Source: an uncultured Candidatus Saccharibacteria bacterium (GTDB lineage Bacteria; Patescibacteriota; UBA1384; CAYGGE01). From it: a stretch of DNA of 35,906 nt. Shown piece after piece: positions 7,652-15,100 of this stretch. The translations under genes and the position numbers were made by a program. Under the pieces are notes generated by a model, which searched no databases, had not been told where the DNA came from, and saw only the letters and a list, made by a program, of their open reading frames with translations. Within the stretch, counting starts at the first letter, position 1. Every line of letters begins with the position of its first letter. Where the stretch lies: contig CAZQGJ010000001.1 in assembly GCA_964592905.1 (NCBI GenBank), positions 1 to 35,906 on the forward strand. Reading direction: 5' to 3'.

Positions 7652-8629
7652 TTGCTCGAGGCTAAGCGGTTAGCGATTATTATGCACGAAAAGCCCGATG
7701 CCGATACCATCGGCTCATCGCTGGCTTTAGCTCGCGGGCTCTGGCAACGAGGAGTTAAGTCTCGACTCTATAGCCGAGACCGCTGGCCAGCCCCCTTTAG
7801 ATATCTGATTGAGGACGAGCGGCTGGAGCCTAGATTCGACCCTGACGAGCCGGACACGGTTGTCGTCATTGATTGCGGTGACTTGCGCCGAACCGGCTAT
7901 CCAAATGAGGTAACGCGATTTGCCGAACAGGCTGGACGGCTAATTCATATCGATCACCACGGTGAGAGCGACCTCTATCGGCTGGCTAACTACCGCTATT
8001 ACGATCCCGAGGCGGCAGCCACCGGCGAGATGATTCATCGGCTACTGCTCTGTCTCGAGGTTGAGATAACATCGAATATTGCCAAACCGTTATTTGCCAG
8101 TCTCTATTATGATACCGGCGGCTTTAAGCATGCTAACACCGACAGCCGAACGCTCGAGCTGGCCGGTTCATTATTAAGCGCTGGAGCTAACCTCAAGGAG
8201 TTAGTCCGTCATAGCGAGCTCGATCGCTCCTTAGCCCAACTGCGACTGTGGGGGCGAGCGCTAGAAAATAGCTGGCTCAATGATAAATATGGCCTATTGG
8301 TAACAGTTTTGACTCAAAAGGATTTTGCCGAGCTCGAGGCGGATCCTAGCGAAGCGGCTGGTCTGATTAATTTGATGAACCAAGCCAACGAGGCAAAGGT
8401 CGCCCTGTTACTCTACGAAACCGAGGCGGGGTTGCGCGGTAGCCTCCGCACCGAAAGTCAAAGAATTGACTTAGGCGAGCTCGCCAACTGGCTTGGCGGT
8501 GGGGGATTACGGCGGGCCGCCGGCTTTCAATTACCGGCTAGGCTTGTCAAAGAGGCAGAAAACTGGCATATTGCTCTTAGTTACTCACCTCAAGCCGGGG
8601 TGGCGGAATGGCAGACGCGGCGGACTTAA
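7652..8629 (+). CDS. nrnA: DHH-family phosphoesterase (NrnA-like oligoribonuclease/pAp phosphatase)
   Basis: Motifs HEKPDADTIGSSLAL, VVVIDCGD, IDHHG and the DHHA1 motif GGGGLRRAAGF. The last 36 nt overlap tRNA-Leu(TAA). Confidence 0.85.
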   Translation: MLEAKRLAIIMHEKPDADTIGSSLALARGLWQRGVKSRLYSRDRWPAPFRYLIEDERLEPRFDPDEPDTVVVIDCGDLRRTGYPNEVTRFAEQAGRLIHIDHHGESDLYRLANYRYYDPEAAATGEMIHRLLLCLEVEITSNIAKPLFASLYYDTGGFKHANTDSRTLELAGSLLSAGANLKELVRHSELDRSLAQLRLWGRALENSWLNDKYGLLVTVLTQKDFAELEADPSEAAGLINLMNQANEAKVALLLYETEAGLRGSLRTESQRIDLGELANWLGGGGLRRAAGFQLPARLVKEAENWHIALSYSPQAGVAEWQTRRT

Positions 8630-8678
8630 AATCCGCTAGGCAAAACCTGTGCGGGTTCGAGTCCCGCTCCCGGCACCA
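8594..8678 (+). tRNA. tRNA-Leu(TAA), CCA encoded
   Basis: Acceptor stem GCCGGGG/TCCCGGC. Anticodon arm GCGGA-CTTAAAA-TCCGC. Long variable arm. T-arm GCGGG-TTCGAGT-CCCGC. Confidence 0.9.
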
Positions 8679-8717
8679 ACAAAACAAAACAGTTGTCGCA
8701 AGTGATAAGGTGCTCTA

Positions 8718-8993
8718 ATGATTAATCAAGAAAATAAATTACAACGATTTCTTGGCAAGAAAATTACTTTAAAAGATCTCGTTTCATTGACGTTATGGAT
8801 GTATAGCGGTTTGCTAGTAATCGGCATGATTATGTCAAAACTCTTTGATGTGGAGTTTATCGACGAATTTATGAAGTGGCCCTTCAAAGATGTAGTGTTT
8901 TGGTTATTGTTTTCGTTCAAAGTAGTGCCAGACCTTATTAGCTGGTTAGGGTCTATCAACAGAAAAAAATCGAATGGCATAAAGACTCGTTAG
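8718..8993 (+). CDS. small hypothetical membrane protein (two predicted TM helices)
   Basis: The 91-aa ORF follows AAGGTG. Hydrophobic stretches LVSLTLWMYSGLLVIGMIM and VVFWLLFSFKVV. Confidence 0.5.
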   Translation: MINQENKLQRFLGKKITLKDLVSLTLWMYSGLLVIGMIMSKLFDVEFIDEFMKWPFKDVVFWLLFSFKVVPDLISWLGSINRKKSNGIKTR

Positions 8994-9105
8994 AGCTCTC
9001 AAGCATTCATAATATATGAAGAGTTTAAAATTCAATAAGAATCTGGTCCCAATAGTTCTCGATGGCTCCATGGAATAACAATCTCATTGCCAATTTAACC
9101 AGCTA

Positions 9106-9140
9106 TTGACAGTTGACATATCGTAACCGATTTGATAAAT
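9106..9140 (+). promoter_or_regulatory. strong sigma70-like promoter (tandem TTGACA, TGATAAAT -10 region)
   Basis: TTGACAGTTGACA at 9106-9118, then 16 nt to ATAAAT at 9135-9140 preceded by TG. Confidence 0.4.
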
Positions 9141-9147
9141 TATTTAT

Positions 9148-9220
9148 GGAATTGCTTCCGACCCGAAATGTGGTGGTTACCACCGCAATCTCTTCCAAGA
9201 GATAGGGTCGGGAGTTTTTT
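9148..9220 (+). ncRNA. candidate ~70-nt small RNA or compound terminator folding as a three-way junction with a U6 tail
   Basis: 10-bp outer stem CTTCCGACCC (9155-9164)/GGGTCGGGAG (9205-9214). It encloses hairpins GTGGTGG-TTA-CCACCGC and ATCTCTT-CC-AAGAGAT. TTTTTT follows at 9215-9220. Confidence 0.4.
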
Positions 9221-9519
9221 ATTCAGGAGATACCTCTACTAGGATCTCTTGTTTTTTGATTAGAGCTCTATAGTCATCTGCATATTTCCATTTTTCTTCG
9301 ACGGAACAATTAACCACACCACAAACATAATTGACTGGCTTAGTGACTTATTCCTTTGTGATGAAATACTTGTTTGAGACAAAATCTAATCCAGGATCAC
9401 TAGATCTGTCAATGAAATCTAGCATGCCTTAAAAGGACCATGCAAAGACCGAGGTTTGTACTACACCTAAATATATGGTTTTCCCCCTCCTAAAAGAGTA
9501 AAATGAACACAAGGACGGT

Positions 9520-11901
9520 ATGGCAAACGAAACATTTTCACGAGTTATTATTGATCGAAAATTAAGGGAAGCCGGCTGGGATATTGAAGATTCCAACCAG
9601 GTTATTTTTGAGGATCATGGAATTGCCGGCCGCTCTGATTACATCCTTAAGGATAAACAGGGTCGTCCGCTTGCACTCATCGAGGCTAAGGGACCGGATA
9701 TTGACCCTTATAACGCCAAGCAACAAGCACTCAACTATGCTGAAACACAATATAAGGGAAAGATTAACCATATCTACCTGGCGAATGATCATCTTATTTA
9801 CTTTTGGGATTTTACAACTGGTGGCGATGCTATTCCTGTTCCCCATTTTTTCTCTCAAAATGACCTAAGCCGTAAGCAGCAGGTTAAAACTTTAGCTCAT
9901 ACGGAGCCGCTCAATCAAAAAATGGTTGAAAAGGATTATTTTCACGATGTTGATTCAGATATTATGCTTAGGCCTTATCAGATGGAAGCTTGGCACGCCA
10001 TTGCTGGTGATTATGATAATGGAAAACGAGGCTTTCTTTTGGAAATGGCTACCGGAACCGGTAAAACAGTCCTTGCTTCATTAATAATTTCTAAATTCCT
10101 CCGTACTCATCAAGCACAAACAGTTTTATTCGTGGTAGACCGCATTGAACTCGCTCGTCAAACTAAAGGCACATTTGAACACTTGCTTGGTCACCTCTCT
10201 GCGGTTGGTACTTACTGGGGTGATTCCAAGAAGAATCTGGTTGGAGCGAATGTTGTTATCGCAACTATTCAATCGTTGATCGCTCACGGTCAGGATGTTT
10301 TTACGCCAGGGTATTTTGATTTAGTCATTCACGACGAAGCGCACCGTAGCATCTATTCACCAGAGGCTCGCGGAATTATGGATTATTTCGTAGGTGCCAC
10401 AAAAATTGGTCTGACTGCCACCCCAAAGGATTTCTTAAAAAATCTGGATATGGGACGACTCGGCCTTGATGATCCCCGGGCAGCTGAACTACGAGTACAG
10501 CGTGACACCTACCGCTATTTTGGTTGTGAAAATGGCCAGGCTACATTCCGATACACGCTCCAAGATGGGGTCAAAGAAGGTTTTTTGGTACCGCCAAAGC
10601 TACATAAGATGACTTCCGCTCTAACACAACAAGCGCTCAGCCCAGAGGGTTTGGTTGGTGAAGCTGATTATGAAAATGAAAGTTACAGCGTCAAAGATCT
10701 TGAAAAGAAAGTTTTTGTACCAGAGCGCAATCGACTTATGATGCAGGAATTCCTCGAATATGCCGAGAAATCTCCAGATGGCAATATCGGAAAGACGATT
10801 ATTTTTGCAGTTAATCAAACGCATGCTACAAGTCTTGAGAAAATTCTTAATCAACTAAAACCCGAGTTTGGTGGCCGGTTTGCCATAACAATTACTAGCC
10901 GGGTTCAAGGTGCTCATGATCTAGCACGAGACTTTAAGAAACTTGATAATAACCTACCTCGTGCAGCTGTTTCAGTAGATATGCTAACTACTGGTTACGA
11001 CGCTCCAGAGGTACAAAACATCGTTCTTGCCCGGCCAGTATTTGAACCCACTCTTTACCAACAGATTAAGGGTCGAGGCACCCGCCTCTGTAAAGAAATT
11101 GATAAAAAACAATTTGTAGTTTTTGATTTCTGTGGCGTCTGTGAATACTTTGAAGAGCAGTACGACTGGAAAGCACCTCAAAAGATTACAAAGCCAACCG
11201 ATGAGACAACCCCACCAACGCCAAAAGGGCCTTACGGACCTAGCCCAACTGGTGAAGGTGAGCCACCAGAACCGCCAGCTCCTAAAACTGAAACGTCCAC
11301 TATCTCTCGTTTGGATGTAGTTGGTTCACGCGATCAAATTATCTATGGGCCCGATGGTGACAAAGTCGATCGTGAAATGTATCAGGATGAGTGGAGCCGA
11401 CAGGTCAAAACCTTTGTCGATGCTCACCCAGAGGCTATAGAGATGGCTCAAGACGACACAAAGACTGAGGAGCTGATTGATCTCCTTAATACTGAACTAT
11501 TAAACCGACCTGATTTTTACTTTAATGAGGGTAACCTCATCCAATCACACAGAGTTATTGCATCTGTTCGAGACTTTTTTCTGTCCGCAATCGGTAAAGG
11601 ATCGTTACCAAAACGCAATGAGCAGCTAGGCGAATGGCGTAACGGAATGCTTGATAAGTATGGTCAGGCATCATCAGGTGGTTCACAGAAGCGCTACCTA
11701 ATGACCCGATTAATGGTTGATGAAATAATGAAGAACGACGAGCTTCGTATTGGCCTTCAACAAAAACCAAGTTTGAATTTCTTGCTTCATGAGCCATTTA
11801 ATCTTGACTTTAGACCAGAAGAATGGCTATATACATACGGCAAAGACACCCTTTTCGAGATGGTGCACGATGTTAAGAATAGCCAATTACTGAAAGTCTA
11901 A
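9520..11901 (+). CDS. hsdR: Type I restriction enzyme R subunit (EcoAI/EcoEI-like short HsdR)
   Basis: N-terminal nuclease motif RVIIDRKLREAGW...GRSDYIL...LALIEAKG (PD-(D/E)xK). SF2 helicase motifs MATGTGKT, IHDEAHRS, LTATP and QQIKGRGTR. About 790 aa, as in type IB R subunits. Confidence 0.9.
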   Translation: MANETFSRVIIDRKLREAGWDIEDSNQVIFEDHGIAGRSDYILKDKQGRPLALIEAKGPDIDPYNAKQQALNYAETQYKGKINHIYLANDHLIYFWDFTTGGDAIPVPHFFSQNDLSRKQQVKTLAHTEPLNQKMVEKDYFHDVDSDIMLRPYQMEAWHAIAGDYDNGKRGFLLEMATGTGKTVLASLIISKFLRTHQAQTVLFVVDRIELARQTKGTFEHLLGHLSAVGTYWGDSKKNLVGANVVIATIQSLIAHGQDVFTPGYFDLVIHDEAHRSIYSPEARGIMDYFVGATKIGLTATPKDFLKNLDMGRLGLDDPRAAELRVQRDTYRYFGCENGQATFRYTLQDGVKEGFLVPPKLHKMTSALTQQALSPEGLVGEADYENESYSVKDLEKKVFVPERNRLMMQEFLEYAEKSPDGNIGKTIIFAVNQTHATSLEKILNQLKPEFGGRFAITITSRVQGAHDLARDFKKLDNNLPRAAVSVDMLTTGYDAPEVQNIVLARPVFEPTLYQQIKGRGTRLCKEIDKKQFVVFDFCGVCEYFEEQYDWKAPQKITKPTDETTPPTPKGPYGPSPTGEGEPPEPPAPKTETSTISRLDVVGSRDQIIYGPDGDKVDREMYQDEWSRQVKTFVDAHPEAIEMAQDDTKTEELIDLLNTELLNRPDFYFNEGNLIQSHRVIASVRDFFLSAIGKGSLPKRNEQLGEWRNGMLDKYGQASSGGSQKRYLMTRLMVDEIMKNDELRIGLQQKPSLNFLLHEPFNLDFRPEEWLYTYGKDTLFEMVHDVKNSQLLKV

Positions 11902-11904
11902 TTT

Positions 11905-14409
11905 ATGTCACATACAGATTTCAAAAATCGAGTCGACGGTTTGATGAATATTTTATGGAGTGGTGGGGTTGCTAACCATTCCACAATCATTGAGCAGATA
12001 AACTACTTAGTCTTCTTGCGTTCTCTTAGTAAAAAAGACGACCATGCCATGCGTATCGATCCCGAAGCAGAGCGGGTTTTTCAAGGTGAATTATCCCAGT
12101 ACCACTGGGATAATTTGCTTGTATTAAATGCCGAGGTTCTTTTTAGCACCCTTGAAGATATTTATCGTCGATTGCCCGAGCTTACGACTGACAAGACTAT
12201 TCAACTTCTTTACCGTGACGCTCATGTGAAGGTTTTCGACAAACCAACCTTACGGCGGCTTGTCCACGAAATTGAGCAGCTAATGAGCGATCTTGAAAAA
12301 GAAGCTACGACCGGCCGTAATGACATCTTCGGTGATATGTACGAATATCTCCTCAGTAAGCTAGCTCAGGCCGGTACTCTCGGATCATTCCGAACACCAC
12401 GTCATATTATTAATTTTATTGTTGATGTCATCGATCCCGATAAAGGCGAAACTATTCTTGACCCAGCTTGCGGCACAGCTGGCTTCTTAGTAGCAGCGTT
12501 GGAGCACCTCAAAGAAAAATACTCGTCAGAGGAATTCAAGAAGGAGAACAAGCATCCGCTCGATTTACTGAGCCCCGACGAGCGCAAATTCCTTTTCCAA
12601 CACACATTCACCGGATTCGATAGTGATTTTGATATGTTCAAGTTCGGCCTCATGAACCTCTACCTTCACCAGCTTGAGCATCCAAACATTAAGCGCATTA
12701 ATACACTCGTTGATACCGCCGGTGATCGTACTAAATGGGATATCATTCTTGCTAATCCTCCATTTGCAGGTGCCGTGGATCAATCAAGTATTAGCGAAGA
12801 TCTACAAATGGGAACGCGCGCTACCGAAATCCTGTTCCTGCGGTATATGATTGATCACTTATCACCTACTGGAAGAACCGGCGTAATCGTACCGGAAGGT
12901 ATTATTTTTTCTAATACCAATGCACATAAAAAAATTCGACAATTACTTATCGAAACAGCTGGCTTATGGGCAGTAGTTTCGCTTCCTGCCGGCGTATTTA
13001 ATCCATATTCTGGCGTGAAAACTAGTATTCTGTTTTTTGATAAATCAATTGCAAGAAATATTGAGAGTATTCTTTTTGCAAAAGTAAGTCATGACGGTTT
13101 TGATTTGGGGGCAAGTAAAAGGCTTGTTGATAAGGACGATCTACCGAATGCATTAAACGCCTTGCTAAAATATCACAGTGGATTAAGGAATAAGGCTTCA
13201 AACGCTGCTGAAGCAATTTATATCTTGGGTGCAGAAATTGCACACTTAATCCCAAAGCACAAAATTTCTGAAACTGGCGACTATAATCTCTCTGGAGATC
13301 ACTATCTACTCTCCTCTGAATACTCTGATGCTAAATGGCCGATGGTCTCAATAGAAGAATTATGCGATCTGGGAAGAGGGCGCGTAATAAACAAACAAGA
13401 TATTGCGAAAAATCCCGGGGCTTTCCCAGTTTACTCTTCACAAACAACCGATGACGGTATCTTTGGATATTTAGGTTCCTATGATTTTGACGGTGAATAT
13501 GTAACTTGGACTACAGATGGAGCGAATGCCGGAACAGTTTTTTACAGAACTGGAAAATTCAACTGCACCAATGTATGCGGGACATTAAAAGCCAAAACGA
13601 AAAAAATAAATATGAGATTTTTGGCACAAGCTTTAAATAGGATCGCATATAAACATGTTATTCATGCTGGAAACCCAAAATTAATGAATAACGTAATGGC
13701 AAAAATTACAGTCCCTCTTCCCCCACTTGAAATTCAAGATCAGATCGTAAAAGAATTGCGTGGTTATCAAGAGATTATTGACGGAGCGACACAGATCGTC
13801 GCTAACTGGAAATGCAAAATCGAAATCGATACAACATGGGAAAGAGTAAAGCTTAAAGATGTTTGCAATATTAACCCCAAGAAAATTGAGATCAAAAATA
13901 TCAATCCGGAAACAGAAGTTTCTTTTGTGCCAATGGCTGATTTAAATCAAAATAATGCTAATTTTGTGATCAAGCAGACAAAAAAGCTATCTGAAGTTAT
14001 AGGAAGTTACACCTATTTTACAGAAAACGATGTTTTACTTGCCCGTGTAACACCATGTTTTGAAAATGGTAAAGCGGGTATCGCAAGAAAACTAAAGAAT
14101 AAAATTGGTTTTGGATCGAGTGAATATATCGTGATTAGACCAAGTGAGAAAATCTTACCGGAAATCATCTATTGTTATATTTCGGAGCAAAGATTTAACG
14201 CTGCTGGAAAAATAAAAATGACTGGCACTGGTGGCCTACAGCGAGTACCAGTTGATTTTGTACAAAACTGGGAAATATCCCTACCTCCACTCGAAGTTCA
14301 AAGGCAGATTGTGGATCAAATAGACATCGAACGCACTTTAGTTGATGGAAATAAAAAATTAATTGAGATCTACAAAAGAAAAATTATCGATGTTTTAAGC
14401 GCAATATAA
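11905..14409 (+). CDS. fused Type I methyltransferase-specificity protein (HsdM-HsdS, two TRDs)
   Basis: N6-adenine MTase motif I LDPACGTAGFL and motif IV NPPFAG. These are followed by two ~150-aa variable regions, each ending in an HsdS conserved helix (PLPPLEIQDQIV..., SLPPLEVQRQIV...). The ATG lies 3 nt after the hsdR stop. Confidence 0.9.
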   Translation: MSHTDFKNRVDGLMNILWSGGVANHSTIIEQINYLVFLRSLSKKDDHAMRIDPEAERVFQGELSQYHWDNLLVLNAEVLFSTLEDIYRRLPELTTDKTIQLLYRDAHVKVFDKPTLRRLVHEIEQLMSDLEKEATTGRNDIFGDMYEYLLSKLAQAGTLGSFRTPRHIINFIVDVIDPDKGETILDPACGTAGFLVAALEHLKEKYSSEEFKKENKHPLDLLSPDERKFLFQHTFTGFDSDFDMFKFGLMNLYLHQLEHPNIKRINTLVDTAGDRTKWDIILANPPFAGAVDQSSISEDLQMGTRATEILFLRYMIDHLSPTGRTGVIVPEGIIFSNTNAHKKIRQLLIETAGLWAVVSLPAGVFNPYSGVKTSILFFDKSIARNIESILFAKVSHDGFDLGASKRLVDKDDLPNALNALLKYHSGLRNKASNAAEAIYILGAEIAHLIPKHKISETGDYNLSGDHYLLSSEYSDAKWPMVSIEELCDLGRGRVINKQDIAKNPGAFPVYSSQTTDDGIFGYLGSYDFDGEYVTWTTDGANAGTVFYRTGKFNCTNVCGTLKAKTKKINMRFLAQALNRIAYKHVIHAGNPKLMNNVMAKITVPLPPLEIQDQIVKELRGYQEIIDGATQIVANWKCKIEIDTTWERVKLKDVCNINPKKIEIKNINPETEVSFVPMADLNQNNANFVIKQTKKLSEVIGSYTYFTENDVLLARVTPCFENGKAGIARKLKNKIGFGSSEYIVIRPSEKILPEIIYCYISEQRFNAAGKIKMTGTGGLQRVPVDFVQNWEISLPPLEVQRQIVDQIDIERTLVDGNKKLIEIYKRKIIDVLSAI

Positions 14410-14428
14410 TGCAGTTGACGGAGCGCAG

Positions 14429-15100
14429 ATGGCTGATACTAATAACCTGAATAAACCTACACTTGAAGAAAAGCTATCACTCAAAGCAAGCCAGCTTCGA
14501 AGAGCCTTACAGGACAAAAACTATCCTCAGTCTGCCAACGCACATTTTGGAGTTTGGATAGCACTATTAAGTAAGGAAGATTATCAAGAAGCCTGCCCTC
14601 ATGCAGCGTTATCGGCGCGAAGGCTGATGGAATGTGCAGCATTAGAGATCACGGGACTACAACCTGAGAAAAACCCTGGTGACATAGCGAATGAAGTAAA
14701 AAGATTAAAAGAAAGTTTAAGCAAGGCAAACCCATCGGAGGTTGATGGCATGTGGATTGTGCCATTGTCATTTTCTAAAGATTTACAAAAGTTTTTCGAC
14801 ACATTCGATAAGCGCCAGACAAGAAATCAACGTATGCAGGAGATGTTGATGAAAGCTGACCCTAGCGGTATCCCGATTCCAGAAGATGTGAGAGGGTTAA
14901 TGGCTTCGGATTGGGTTAGCCTTTTTGGATATTTTAGCAATACATTGCACTTTTCCTATCCTCAGGAAATTAAACGCGAGGAATTAATCCAAAAAATAGA
15001 GAAGTTAGAACAACTATTATTAGAGTATATCCTCTACGCGGGTGCGGTTGAAAACCTCGATGAGATTGATAGCCTCATCGAAGAAACGGAAGTGATATGA
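14429..15100 (+). CDS. hypothetical protein, apparently all-helical with an acidic C-terminus; no assignable motif
   Basis: 223-aa ORF with GGAG 5 nt upstream. It starts 19 nt after hsdMS and is AT-rich like its neighbours. Confidence 0.75.
   Translation: MADTNNLNKPTLEEKLSLKASQLRRALQDKNYPQSANAHFGVWIALLSKEDYQEACPHAALSARRLMECAALEITGLQPEKNPGDIANEVKRLKESLSKANPSEVDGMWIVPLSFSKDLQKFFDTFDKRQTRNQRMQEMLMKADPSGIPIPEDVRGLMASDWVSLFGYFSNTLHFSYPQEIKREELIQKIEKLEQLLLEYILYAGAVENLDEIDSLIEETEVI

Noticed and set aside
9155-9214. Hammerhead or other small self-cleaving ribozyme in the three-way junction
   Set aside because: GAAA is present at one junction, but the CUGAUGA core and a plausible cleavage-site context are absent.
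12900-13640. Phase-variable homopolymer tracts in the R-M genes
   Set aside because: Only A6-A7 or T6 runs were seen (for example around 12927 and 13600). These are shorter than tracts that typically slip at useful frequency, and no simple-sequence repeats were found.
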